NCBI GenBank assembly: GCA_031285625.1
Contig: JAITVV010000007.1
Coordinates: forward strand, 128,893 to 192,892
From: Prevotella sp.
Lineage (GTDB): Bacteria > Bacteroidota > Bacteroidia > Bacteroidales > Dysgonomonadaceae
Length of the DNA: 64,000 nt
Direction of reading: 5' to 3'
The notes beneath the pieces were generated by a model, which was given only the letters and a program-made list of their open reading frames with translations, was not told the origin of the DNA and ran no database searches. Each line of letters begins with the position of its first letter. Positions within the stretch are counted from its first letter, which is position 1. Below are positions 1-9,813 of the stretch, one piece after another. The translations under genes and the position numbers were made by a program.

Positions 1-910
1 ACTGGCGCTGCCCCTGAAAACCTCCAGCAATAGCATTGTGTCCCATTGCTTCTTCTTCGAATCCTATAAGTTTATCGTTACCTATCATAAGGTCGCGCAT
101 GATCAGTGTCATTTTAACTACAAATTCCCAGTCCTGATCCTTTTGTTCCCTTGTACGGCGGATAGCCTCCGGATTGTGGTCAGGTAATTCATTTACAGCA
201 CAATGTTTTTTGGTCCAAGCCAATGCTTTTTCATATTCTTCCTTATCATATATTTCCTGTTGTATACGACGCAGGATTTCAGAACAATCTACATATTCGG
301 TACGCATACCAAGATACTCCTGTAGAAACTCAGGGTTGACAATAGATCCACCGATACCCATAGAGACACTACCTATAGCCAGGTATGATTTACCCCGCAT
401 AATAGCGACAGCAAGACCAGCTTTTGCAAATCGTAATAGTTTTTCTTTTACATCATCTGGTATAGCTGTATCTCCTATATCCTGAATATCATGTCCGTAG
501 ATACCGAATGCAGGCAACCCTTTTTGCGTATGGGCAGCAAGCGCAGCAGCAAGATAAACCGCTCCCGGGCGTTCTGTACCGTTAAAACCCCAGATTGCTT
601 TAGGTATAAGCGGATCCATATCAATCGTTTCCGATCCGTAACACCAACAAGGTGTGACAGATAAGGATAAACCGACATTCTCTTTCTCGAATTTCTCCGC
701 ACAATTAGCAGCTTCTTTTACCCCACCTATGCAGGTATCTGCAATAATACATTCTACTGGTGTACCATCCGGATATTTTAGATTTTCACTGTAGAATTTT
801 GCAACATTACGCGCCATATTCATTGTGGTTTCTTCCAATGATTCACGGATTCCTCTGCGACGCCCGTCAATAATAGGCCTGATCCCGATTCTCGGATAAT
901 TCTTTCCCAT
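1..910 (-). CDS. fucI: L-fucose/D-arabinose isomerase (5' part; runs off the left edge of the window)
   Basis: Manual translation from ATG at 910: [26 protein letters not shown]...[16 protein letters not shown]...[18 protein letters not shown], which are FucI signatures. Absent from the ORF track, most likely because its stop lies outside the window. Confidence 0.93.
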   Translation of the reverse strand, partial: MGKNYPRIGIRPIIDGRRRGIRESLEETTMNMARNVAKFYSENLKYPDGTPVECIIADTCIGGVKEAANCAEKFEKENVGLSLSVTPCWCYGSETIDMDPLIPKAIWGFNGTERPGAVYLAAALAAHTQKGLPAFGIYGHDIQDIGDTAIPDDVKEKLLRFAKAGLAVAIMRGKSYLAIGSVSMGIGGSIVNPEFLQEYLGMRTEYVDCSEILRRIQQEIYDKEEYEKALAWTKKHCAVNELPDHNPEAIRRTREQKDQDWEFVVKMTLIMRDLMIGNDKLIGFEEEAMGHNAIAGGFQGQRQ

Positions 911-943
911 AATCTTAAATTTTAAGTTATAATTCTCTATATT

Positions 944-2179
944 TTATTTGAATATTGTTTTTATTTTATCAATGGAGACTCCAAACAGTTTTTCAGTAAT
1001 CACTGTAAGGTCTTCCTCTTCGCCTATAAAATGAAATACATTATGAAGGTGTACCAAAGATTCGGCAGGCTTAAGGAACGCCGCAGGCGAAGCGCTTTCT
1101 ATTTCGATGAATGGTCCCATAATGCTGCCATCTTCGAGAGGCCCGTCATTATAAGCATTCATAGCATCTCCAACCAGCGGATCTTTCTCAGAATTCCACT
1201 CCTGATTGAGATATATTTTGTCCGGAGCTACATCAAAAGTTGTGATAGTCAGTTTCTTTGTATCAGGATCGTAGTTTCCTGCTACAGACTTTGTGCGAAG
1301 CCTGCTCATACCCAGTTTGTTCCTGTTTTTTCCATCTGTTTTCAGATAGAGCACACCATCTACGACCTTTAGCCTGTCTGCAGGAATTTCTCCAAAATAA
1401 TCCGTTGTGGCTACTATACCAAGATCTTTTTCATTCCCTTCCTTAAAAGGAACTATTGTCATCGAATTTGGCGCAGGATTGTACATATCCAGCATCCAGA
1501 TACATATAGTACCTGTCTCTTTTGTCCATTCGAAATTATCTGTATTTGTCAACGTATTTTCGGTAAGATACCCCACCGATTTTACAGCATCAGTGAGTGT
1601 TATTCCTAACATAGAAGCTATTTCCTGTGTGTTGATTAATTTTATGCTCCTATTAACATCTACATTGAAAGTGGTACCAACATAATTTGTAATACGCATT
1701 TGTTTGTTCATAGAAACATTCTTAGACGAAGCAGATGTAACAGTCCATGCTTCGGTATCGAATGGAGCCGGAGTATGCCAGTTATCATAAACTTGCTTTA
1801 CTCCCGGTTTGAAGTAGATAGAAAACTTACCTCCTTCGGGACCCAACCACAAGCGGTTTTCACCGCCATAGCCATTCATATGTTCGTTAATCTCTTTCGA
1901 GTCGAGTACTTTATAATTGAGATAACCAAGACTTGCACCTTCAAGACCGTCTACAGTTGAAGTGAATACTTTAGCCTGATAGCCCGGAGAAACCAGTACC
2001 TGTGCCTTTTCATCATCACTGGTCAATATAATGATGCTATCCTTTTCTGATAAATAATTAACATCATAGCCAAAAGTTCCCTTTCCAAATGTTTTCATAT
2101 CCTTTTTTGTTTTACTATTGCAGGATAGCATACCTATACATAGCACTGCAATGATTAACCTATTAATTATTGATTTCAT
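944..2179 (-). CDS. DUF6786-like lipoprotein of unknown function (ORF track starts at 2212; ATG 2179 preferred)
   Basis: Lipoprotein-type signal MKSIINRLIIAVLCIGMLSC; motifs GGENRLWLGPEGG and AYNDGP...GPFIEIES recalled from DUF6786 proteins. Confidence 0.65.
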   Translation of the reverse strand: MKSIINRLIIAVLCIGMLSCNSKTKKDMKTFGKGTFGYDVNYLSEKDSIIILTSDDEKAQVLVSPGYQAKVFTSTVDGLEGASLGYLNYKVLDSKEINEHMNGYGGENRLWLGPEGGKFSIYFKPGVKQVYDNWHTPAPFDTEAWTVTSASSKNVSMNKQMRITNYVGTTFNVDVNRSIKLINTQEIASMLGITLTDAVKSVGYLTENTLTNTDNFEWTKETGTICIWMLDMYNPAPNSMTIVPFKEGNEKDLGIVATTDYFGEIPADRLKVVDGVLYLKTDGKNRNKLGMSRLRTKSVAGNYDPDTKKLTITTFDVAPDKIYLNQEWNSEKDPLVGDAMNAYNDGPLEDGSIMGPFIEIESASPAAFLKPAESLVHLHNVFHFIGEEEDLTVITEKLFGVSIDKIKTIFK

Positions 2180-2192
2180 ACCTGTAAGTTTT

Positions 2193-4760
2193 TTAGATTG
2201 ACTTACTCTCAAATGCTATCTCTTTACCGGAAAGGTTGCATAACTTTATATCTATACTGCCATAATAAATGGCTATAACCGGCTTGCCTCCTTTTACTTC
2301 TACTGTTCCAAATCCTTTATCAGTAGAAAGGAATGTTGTAAAGTCACCATCTATCTTAGAGTCGATATATAATGTTTTGTCTACGGCATCGTAACGAACA
2401 CCTGTCAGCGCCTGTAATAAGCTATAGCTGGATAATGCCCTTGCATACCATGCCCCACACTCATATTCATTATAAGGATTACGGACTTTTCCTGTATAGC
2501 GGTCACGGCAAGTACGAACTATCTCAAGCCCCTTTTCTACTTCACCTTCGAAGATAAGATGTGCTGCCACCTGATATTCTATGCCTGTCCATACCTCATC
2601 GCTATATACAAACGGAATACTTAGCTTTCCTCCTTTAGGCCATGTGCAAAGTAATAATCCTCCCTCATTGCCCAGAGCAAATGTCGGGCGTTGCGGATTA
2701 GCGTGATCGCGCAAATCTTTTTTCAAATTATATTTGTGGATAGAAACTAAATGACTCTTTACTTTTTCCTTATCGATAGGCTCTTCCATTCCGGCAGCAA
2801 GCGCCATCCAGCAACCAAGAATGCCATCAGATAAGCAACCTTTTCCATATTGATATTTCGGCCCTTCTTTTTCGAGAAGCGTACGTGCTTCTGCTGAGTA
2901 ATCACTATTCCAGTTACTTAAAGACAAAGCAACAGGATCAGGCGATTTTAGATCTTTCCAGCGGATATCCTGAATAAAGTATTCTCCATCATAAAGCTTG
3001 GTTTCCATATATACTTTGCTCTTAGTCAAAAGCTCTTCGTATTCTGCAACATTCTCATTCAAGGCTTTACCCATCAGTACCATACTTTGCAAAGCGGATG
3101 TGTAGATACTAGTACACATGCCATCCGGTCCCCAGAACTCGATATCATAAGTGTTATGATGAGGCTCTTCCAAAGCACCTGTTTTTCGTGGATCCCATAT
3201 GTTAATACAATAATCTATACTTTGTTTCACCTGTCGATACATCATTTTCAGCCAATCGGTATTTCCACTGATACGCCAATCCCTGTACATCTTGATAATA
3301 CCACCTAACTGACCATCAGATGCAGAATGGAAATCATGTTTCACCGGGCGGATAGGTATATTGGTGCGGAACATCTGATGTCCCGACTTATCCTGACTTA
3401 CATAAAATTCTGTTTCTCTCAATGATCTTTCCAGTGCAGGGAAAAGATGAGGAATAGCCTGTGCATAATTCCATACATGTGTACACGAACCATGACAAGA
3501 GCCCCATGTATCACCACAACCTTCATAATTCCAAAGGCGTCCGTCATGCTGGCGCATAACTGTAGGTGATTTTAAAATAGAGAGGTTTGCACTCACAGCT
3601 TCAACTACTTCAGCAGGCAGCGAACTGCTATAAAATGCTTTTGTGAATAATTCCGATTTAGACTTCAGGTCATTGTAGTTAGTAGCCCAATATGATGTCA
3701 GTTCACCAATATTCTTAAAGCGGGTACTATACCAAGGTTCGTAATATTTAGGAGTTGTACCGTCACCATAGTTTACAGGACAGGCTGTTCCTTTATCCGA
3801 ATCTGTCACAGCATCCGTGCCAATATTTATATTTGATTTAGGAACGTACCATGCCATGTGCAAACGGATCGTTTTAGTTTCGCCGGCTTTTACCTTAAAC
3901 GGAACATAAAGCGATCCTCCCGGTGCATTTTTTTCAACGGGTTCGTTTGTTAATATTGCTCCGTCAGCAACCGCATTCCATGCCATGGTAAGTGGATCCC
4001 ACCATCCGCCACGAAACCAGCAATGATTTACTTTTGTATTATCATCATCTGTATAGATAGCAAATTCACCTTGTAGATGAGGTTTATCAGCAGGAGCTTC
4101 CTGTGTAAGTATAAAACCATTCTTAGTGGATTTCACTGTATTTACGGCCTCATCGGTCTTTTTCATAAAATTGCGTGAATTGTATGAAAAGATAGCTTCC
4201 ACATCTTCTGATGCTGTATTTGTAAATGTATATTCCAATGCACCTACGGGTAAGCTTGAGTTATCATTGTCGGTAGGAATAAAAGGGCTCCATCCTTTGA
4301 TCTGTACATCGAGAGGCACGTCTTTATCTTTCAGATTAATAGTAGCAAATGGAAACTTTGAACTGAATGTTACATCATCGAACCGGGGTAATCCCCATGT
4401 GGTAAGCGGGCCTCCCAGAGCCGATTCACGATCTCCAAACTTCTTCCTGTCAGGAACCGGCCCTTCCAGAACCTTTGAACCATTTTCTTTACCTTTTACA
4501 TGTATTGCAGCAAACATACACGGCTCCATAAATACGTCAGGCTGATGCCGTACCGACATGTTGGATATTGCGCCCGTGCCTTCTATACAGAACATTCCAC
4601 CACCGATTCCTCCTATCGGAAAGGCTATCCGGTTCAGGTTATCTCCCCCATAAGAAGTTTCATACGTCCGCTTGAATACTGCGGATTCATTCTTTTTGCA
4701 AGCAAAGAACAAGCTACTTGCTATACAAAGTAACAATACTGATAAAGCTAATTTTTTCAT
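2193..4760 (-). CDS. GH116-family glycoside hydrolase, lipoprotein
   Basis: N-terminal IAFPIGGIGGG, GSCTHVWNYAQA, DGQLG, HHNTYDIEFWG, SDEVWTGIEY and NEYECGAWYARALSS are typical of GH116. Lipobox-like FFAC after MKKLALS (ATG 4760). Confidence 0.85.
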   Translation of the reverse strand: MKKLALSVLLLCIASSLFFACKKNESAVFKRTYETSYGGDNLNRIAFPIGGIGGGMFCIEGTGAISNMSVRHQPDVFMEPCMFAAIHVKGKENGSKVLEGPVPDRKKFGDRESALGGPLTTWGLPRFDDVTFSSKFPFATINLKDKDVPLDVQIKGWSPFIPTDNDNSSLPVGALEYTFTNTASEDVEAIFSYNSRNFMKKTDEAVNTVKSTKNGFILTQEAPADKPHLQGEFAIYTDDDNTKVNHCWFRGGWWDPLTMAWNAVADGAILTNEPVEKNAPGGSLYVPFKVKAGETKTIRLHMAWYVPKSNINIGTDAVTDSDKGTACPVNYGDGTTPKYYEPWYSTRFKNIGELTSYWATNYNDLKSKSELFTKAFYSSSLPAEVVEAVSANLSILKSPTVMRQHDGRLWNYEGCGDTWGSCHGSCTHVWNYAQAIPHLFPALERSLRETEFYVSQDKSGHQMFRTNIPIRPVKHDFHSASDGQLGGIIKMYRDWRISGNTDWLKMMYRQVKQSIDYCINIWDPRKTGALEEPHHNTYDIEFWGPDGMCTSIYTSALQSMVLMGKALNENVAEYEELLTKSKVYMETKLYDGEYFIQDIRWKDLKSPDPVALSLSNWNSDYSAEARTLLEKEGPKYQYGKGCLSDGILGCWMALAAGMEEPIDKEKVKSHLVSIHKYNLKKDLRDHANPQRPTFALGNEGGLLLCTWPKGGKLSIPFVYSDEVWTGIEYQVAAHLIFEGEVEKGLEIVRTCRDRYTGKVRNPYNEYECGAWYARALSSYSLLQALTGVRYDAVDKTLYIDSKIDGDFTTFLSTDKGFGTVEVKGGKPVIAIYYGSIDIKLCNLSGKEIAFESKSI

Positions 4761-4948
4761 ATGTATTATGTTTGAAATTGTTATTTTCAAATTATCACTG
4801 ATTCATAAGGCTCTCAGCCATAGCTGATAATAAAGGATTATATTAGATCATTAAAGGGTGTAGAAGGACACAGTTATCATATAACCGTAATCAGAAATAC
4901 CAATTGCTTCATAGTTTTAGGTATTTAAGTTTATTGAGAATAAATCTC

Positions 4949-6163
4949 TTACATTTTGTATCCTTTTAAGCCATAGAATAAGACGAAAAGGAAACAAACC
5001 AGAGGGATAGTGAAGCCCAAAGCCATATTTTGCTCACCCAAAAGCCCCATAATCATCGGAGTAAATGCACCACCTGCAACTGCCATTGTAAGGTAAGACG
5101 CAGCTTTCTTAGTATGTTCACCCATATTGGCAAGTCCCAGGGCATAAATAGTAGGGAACATGATAGACATAAAGAAAAAGCTTATATACAATGCATAGAG
5201 GGATACTTTACCCAATTCGAGGATAACAAGAGCCATAGATATGGCACAAACCAATGCATATAGTGTTAATAATTTGTTCGGTTTAAACCTTCCCATAAAG
5301 AAACTACCCGATAAACGGCCTATCATGAATAATAACATACCGCCGAATGCCAGAAACTGGGAAGCTTTTACAGGAGTTATAGTTGAATCCAGTTCTGTTA
5401 CATAATTGATAAAGAAACCAAAGACTCCTGACTGGGCACCCATATATGCAAACTGGGCAATGACTGCAAGTACAAAATGCTTATGTGACCACATCGACTT
5501 GGTTTTAGTTAAAGGCAATGTGCCGGCTTCAGGAGTATCATCATTGGTTTCTACAATATTGGGCAATTTTATAAAAAAGAAAAATACAGTAATAATCAAT
5601 ATACAGATACCTATAAGAATGTATGGCTTGGTTAGAGCCATTGTATCATCGGCAGAAGCTCCCAATATTAATTGCCCCCCTATAAACGGCCCTAAAACCC
5701 ACCCCAAACCATTAAGTGATTGTGATAAATTGAGGCGTTGCGCTGCACTTTCTTTCGGACCTAAAACTGTTGAATACGGATTGGCTGCCGTTTCGAGTAT
5801 GCAAAGTCCGCATGCTACCACAAAAAGAGCTACAAGAAAAGGGTTAGCCGAGTGAAGAAAGGCTGCAGGAATAAAACTAAATGCACCGACTGCATATAGC
5901 AGCAGCCCGAATATTATCCCTTTCTGATAACCGTACCTTTTCATAAACAAACCTGCCGGGACACTCATCAGGGCATATGCAATATAAGTAGAAAACTGCA
6001 CAAGCCCCGATTGAGCTTTGGACATCGTAAAAGCTACCTGAAAATGCTTATTTAAAACATCTAAAAGGCCATGGGCCAAACCCCACATAAGGAATAAACT
6101 ACTTACCAAAATGAAAGGTATAAGATAACTTTTACCTGCTGGAGAAGAGAAAATGTTTTTCAT
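4949..6163 (-). CDS. fucP: FucP-like sugar:H+ symporter (MFS)
   Basis: About 12 hydrophobic segments; motifs LFLMWG, LETAANPY, RLNLSQSLNGLG, SIMFPTIY. Confidence 0.8.
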   Translation of the reverse strand: MKNIFSSPAGKSYLIPFILVSSLFLMWGLAHGLLDVLNKHFQVAFTMSKAQSGLVQFSTYIAYALMSVPAGLFMKRYGYQKGIIFGLLLYAVGAFSFIPAAFLHSANPFLVALFVVACGLCILETAANPYSTVLGPKESAAQRLNLSQSLNGLGWVLGPFIGGQLILGASADDTMALTKPYILIGICILIITVFFFFIKLPNIVETNDDTPEAGTLPLTKTKSMWSHKHFVLAVIAQFAYMGAQSGVFGFFINYVTELDSTITPVKASQFLAFGGMLLFMIGRLSGSFFMGRFKPNKLLTLYALVCAISMALVILELGKVSLYALYISFFFMSIMFPTIYALGLANMGEHTKKAASYLTMAVAGGAFTPMIMGLLGEQNMALGFTIPLVCFLFVLFYGLKGYKM

Positions 6164-6183
6164 AGTATAGTATATTAGTCAAA

Positions 6184-6203
6184 TAAGTTAAACGATTAAC
6201 TTA
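6184..6203. promoter_or_regulatory. LacI-family operator upstream of fucP
   Basis: TAAGTTAAACGATTAACTTA is a 20-bp palindrome with one mismatched pair and a central CG, the usual LacI/GalR operator geometry. Confidence 0.7.
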
Positions 6204-6218
6204 ATTTAGTAAAAAAAT

Positions 6219-7238
6219 TCACGAACTACCATCATGCAAAACAGCCTGAAGTTTAAGAGATTGAGTCTCTTTCTGACCTCTTTTTTTAGATGACATTTCT
6301 GTAATCAAGATTTCCACAGCTCTTTTTCCGATCTCTGCTATTGGTTGCAAAACATAAGGAATAGGGATAGACATCAGATCGAAAGCATCATTTTTGTCAA
6401 AACACACGACCTGTACATCAGTCGATATATCTATACCTTTTCGCATAATACTCTTTAGGGCATACATTGAGATACTATTAGTAGCGAAAAAGATACCATC
6501 GACACTGCTTCCGTTATCAAATAATTCGTTAATGGCATTATCTATATCTGAACGAATATGAGAATAACGTATTTCTTTTATACATATATTATCAGCCATA
6601 CCGGCATAAGCCATTGCATCAACATAACCGCTTCTGCGTTCCAGAATATGTGGAAGGTTATTTTGATAAATCAACAATGCTATTTTTTTACACTTTTTGT
6701 CTAACAATAGCTTTGTAGCTTCCAATGAGGCTTTATAATTATCAATACCAACATAACTTGTTTCGATAAAAGGAAAATACCGGTCTAGTAAGACTAAAGG
6801 AAAATTATCTTTAACCAGTCCGAGAATATGATCTTCACTATGCTCAGTAGGAACGATCAGGAACCCGTCGACCTGCCTGTTGCGAAACATATTAATCATA
6901 GTACCCATTTTATCTACACTTTCATTTGTATTGGTAATAATTACCGTATAACCATATTTTTCGGCCTCTTCCTGTATATAAAAAGCCAATGTACTAAAGA
7001 ACAAGTTGGATATATCAGCCACGATCAGGCCTATTGTTTGAGAAGATCCAACTCTAAGACTTCTGGCCAGACTATTGGGCTGATAATTCATTTCCTTTGC
7101 TGTAAGTATTATTTTCTCTGCCAAAGCTTTACTTACACGGCCCTCCTTTTGCTTTCCACTGAGTACTAAAGATACCGTTGCATTAGAAACACCTAATTTT
7201 TCAGCTATATTCTTTATCGAAGTCCTTTTGATTTGCAT
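6219..7238 (-). CDS. LacI-family transcriptional regulator
   Basis: HTH SIKNIAEKLGVSNATVSLVL, hinge YQPNSLARSL, then a periplasmic-binding-like domain. ATG 7238 preferred over 7316. Confidence 0.92.
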   Translation of the reverse strand: MQIKRTSIKNIAEKLGVSNATVSLVLSGKQKEGRVSKALAEKIILTAKEMNYQPNSLARSLRVGSSQTIGLIVADISNLFFSTLAFYIQEEAEKYGYTVIITNTNESVDKMGTMINMFRNRQVDGFLIVPTEHSEDHILGLVKDNFPLVLLDRYFPFIETSYVGIDNYKASLEATKLLLDKKCKKIALLIYQNNLPHILERRSGYVDAMAYAGMADNICIKEIRYSHIRSDIDNAINELFDNGSSVDGIFFATNSISMYALKSIMRKGIDISTDVQVVCFDKNDAFDLMSIPIPYVLQPIAEIGKRAVEILITEMSSKKRGQKETQSLKLQAVLHDGSS

Positions 7239-7271
7239 ATCATATTTAGGTAAAATTGAATTCTTTATATT

Positions 7272-7345
7272 TTGCTTAATCGATTCAGCAATAAATACAA
7301 AAAAAATATTTGTCACAAAGCAAACATAATGCTAAAACGTTTAAC
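7272..7345. promoter_or_regulatory. Two LacI-type operator-like palindromes upstream of the lacI gene (autoregulation)
   Basis: TTGCTTAATCGATTCAGCAA (7272-7291, one mismatched pair) and CTAAAACGTTTAAC (7332-7345). Both are CG-centred and resemble the 6184 site. Confidence 0.55.
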
Positions 7346-7585
7346 TAGCAAAAAAATAAATATGTTTTTTAACATAAACATGGATAACTGATTGCAGAAA
7401 ACTTATAAGTAACTGTAAATAAGCAACAAGAATTAGTAATAGAATCTATATGGTTTACTATTCATTTTGCCTTGATGCAAATCATTGAAAATTCGCGTCG
7501 TACTTCAACAAGTGCCGTTAACATCCTTTTGGGGGTTTAGCCAATAGGATGCTAAGCAATCGCACAGTAGAATTGATAATACTAT

Positions 7586-8704
7586 TCAGCTTGTAAGAAC
7601 AGGCAATGTTTTTCCTGTAAGTTTTTGGATATCTTTAAGTAAAGGACGTTCATCCTGTGCACAGAAAGTAAGTGCTGTACCGGCATTTCCGGCTCTACCA
7701 GTACGCCCGATGCGATGTACATATGTTTCGGCAACATCAGGTAAATCGTAATTTACAACCAGTTCCAACTGATCTATATCAATTCCCCTGGCAGCAATAT
7801 CAGTTGCAATAAGTACACGGGTCTTGTGAGATTTGAAATTTGTGAGTGCCCGTTGTCGTGCATTTTGTGACTTATTTCCATGTATCGCTTCACTGCCTAT
7901 TCCTGCTTTGCAAAGAATACGCGCGATTTTATCAGCACCATGTTTAGTCCGTGAAAAAACCAACGCCGACTTTTTCTTATCTTTTTTCAGCAGATCTATC
8001 AGTAAATCTTTCTTTTCCGGTTTTTCAACATAATAAAGATATTGTTGTATGGTATCGACTACCGACGAAACCGGAGATACCTCTACTCTTGCCGGATTGC
8101 GCAAAATAGAACGCGAAAGTGCAGCTATAGTTGATGGCATAGTTGCAGAAAAGAGCAATGTTTGCTTTTCGCGGGGTAGCTTTGGCAACAAACGTTTTAT
8201 ATCGTGGATAAAACCCATATCGAGCATGCGGTCGGCCTCATCAAGTACAAAATGGCGAATCGAATTCAGATTTATAAAACCCTGATTCATCAAGTCGAGC
8301 AATCGTCCAGGTGTGGCAACTAATATATCAATCCCTTTCTTTAGCTCATTGGTTTGTGCATTCTGCTTCACACCACCATAGATAACACAATGGCGCAGTC
8401 CTGTATATTTAGTATAATCGTTGAGACATTCATTGATCTGGATTGCCAACTCTCTTGTCGGCGTCAATATCAATGCCTTTATTTCCCTGTTCTTGCCACT
8501 TACTTTATTCAGATATAGTTGTTGTATGATTGGGAGCGAAAAAGCAGCTGTTTTACCAGTTCCTGTTTGTGCTAACCCTAGCATATCGCGATTATTCAGA
8601 ACTACAGGAATAGCATCTTCCTGTATAGGTGTCGGATTTATATATCCTTTTTCTTCCAGAGCTCTTAAAATTGGCTCTATAATATTTAATTCTTTAAATG
8701 TCAT
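7586..8704 (-). CDS. DEAD-box RNA helicase (RhlE-like)
   Basis: Q motif PTPIQ, AQTGTGKT, PTRELA, TPGRL, DEAD, SAT, ARGID, HRIGRTGR. Confidence 0.95.
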   Translation of the reverse strand: MTFKELNIIEPILRALEEKGYINPTPIQEDAIPVVLNNRDMLGLAQTGTGKTAAFSLPIIQQLYLNKVSGKNREIKALILTPTRELAIQINECLNDYTKYTGLRHCVIYGGVKQNAQTNELKKGIDILVATPGRLLDLMNQGFINLNSIRHFVLDEADRMLDMGFIHDIKRLLPKLPREKQTLLFSATMPSTIAALSRSILRNPARVEVSPVSSVVDTIQQYLYYVEKPEKKDLLIDLLKKDKKKSALVFSRTKHGADKIARILCKAGIGSEAIHGNKSQNARQRALTNFKSHKTRVLIATDIAARGIDIDQLELVVNYDLPDVAETYVHRIGRTGRAGNAGTALTFCAQDERPLLKDIQKLTGKTLPVLTS

Positions 8705-9019
8705 GTAATAATCAACAGATTACTTCGTCAGTAATCCCTTTAGTTTATGAATGTTACGAATTATAGACTCAACAAGGAGCCTTATAATTCTAATAATTGA
8801 AACAATGGAGCTAAGGAAGGTCGTTTTCAACGATGAGAAGACTTAATACTTAAGCATTAAGAGCATTGCACTGAAGATAAAGAACAAAATGAACTCTTTG
8901 TTTATCTGGCAAAGATAGGTATAAAATACGAAACGGTCATTGTTTCAGTTAATTATTCGCCATAATGTATTAAGATTAGATAATAAAATTGTCTTATTAT
9001 AAAAGAGATCTTTAAGTAT

Positions 9020-9245
9020 TGAAAAGAAAAAAGTAACAAATAAAAACAGGTAAAAATGTGTCACCTTTGTCACCTTTTCGTTTTTCGAATTACGTATAAA
9101 CTATGTTGTCATGCTGACGACAGGAAGCATCCCGAGCCATTTATCAAGGAAAAAAGAAAAGAGATCCTTCGTTCCTCAGGATGATAACTATGAAGTAAAT
9201 TACTTTATCAAAGATGAAATATCTTGTATACTTTGTCACCTTTTT
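9020..9245 (+). repeat. Composite intergenic repeat, copy 1 (element A 9020-9078, REP-like hairpin B 9107-9187, partial A 9231-9245)
   Basis: B = TGTCATGCTGACGACAGGAAGCATCCC...GAGATCCTTCGTTCCTCAGGATGA with complementary ends. A ends in GTGTCACCTTTGTCACCTTTT. Both recur at about 36.2-36.4 kb and 42.8-43.0 kb. Confidence 0.85.
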
Positions 9246-9316
9246 GAATTTATTTAATAAAAGCTTAAAGAAAATAAGAAAAATATATGTTAATTAATTT
9301 ACTTTTTTTACATTTG

Positions 9317-9342
9317 AACACGATTCCATAAAAAAGTAACAC
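9317..9342. promoter_or_regulatory. Candidate NikR operator upstream of nikR
   Basis: AACACGATTCCATAAAAAAGTAACAC; the same layout (AACAC-N15-TAACAC with shared GATTYCAT) recurs at 9779-9804. Confidence 0.5.
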
Positions 9343-9343
9343 T

Positions 9344-9760
9344 ATGGCAGTATCCAGATTTGGTGTATCACTAGAGAATGACTTACTTGAGGCATTGGAT
9401 AGCTATGTATTGGAGAATAATTTTCCAAACCGCTCACAGGCCATAAGACAACTTATAGAGCGGAACATAGTAGAGAAAAAATGGCAATGCAATAATATTG
9501 TTGCCGGAGCTATTATTCTGGTATATGACCACCACAAGCGGGATCTGATAAATAAGCTCACAAGCATACAGCATGATTATTATAAGGAGATACTTGCCGT
9601 ACAACACTTTCATATTTCTGAATCCGTCTGCCTGGACATTATTGCTATCAAAGGACAATCTCATCGTCTTACAGAATTATCGGATAAGCTAATTGCTCAG
9701 AAAGGAGTACGACATGGAAAACTGGTAATGACTAAAACAGACGACCAATATAAAGACTAA
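9344..9760 (+). CDS. nikR: Nickel-responsive regulator NikR
   Basis: RHH N-terminus RFGVSL...NRSQAIR; metal-binding C-domain YDHH, QH, HFH...C, KGVRHGKL. Confidence 0.93.
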   Translation: MAVSRFGVSLENDLLEALDSYVLENNFPNRSQAIRQLIERNIVEKKWQCNNIVAGAIILVYDHHKRDLINKLTSIQHDYYKEILAVQHFHISESVCLDIIAIKGQSHRLTELSDKLIAQKGVRHGKLVMTKTDDQYKD

Positions 9761-9777
9761 TTTTTTTAATCAGATAG

Positions 9778-9804
9778 TAACACGATTTCATTCAATAATA
9801 ACAC
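9778..9804. promoter_or_regulatory. Candidate NikR operator upstream of the TonB-dependent receptor
   Basis: TAACACGATTTCATTCAATAATAACAC matches the nikR-upstream motif with identical 15-nt spacing. Confidence 0.5.
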
Positions 9805-9813
9805 CTTTTATTT

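Noticed and set aside
1-910. Absence of a long ORF in the track suggested a pseudogene
   Set aside because: The portion translated by hand is an uninterrupted FucI frame; the gene simply leaves the window.
4877-4912. Tiny ORF MKQLVFLITVI* between fucP and GH116, resembling a signal-peptide remnant
   Set aside because: Only 11 codons; indistinguishable from chance without comparative data.
7500-7566. Hairpin TTAGCATCCT/AGGATGTTAA downstream of the DEAD-box helicase
   Set aside because: Most simply a 3' UTR or terminator structure; no other support.
9020-9245. CRISPR array or IS interpretation of the repeats
   Set aside because: No regularly spaced repeat-spacer units, cas genes or transposase; no target-site duplication recognised.
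9761-9813. Cobalamin riboswitch / BtuB assignment for the TonB receptor
   Set aside because: The intergenic gap is only 53 bp with no B12-box, and the nikR context fits better.
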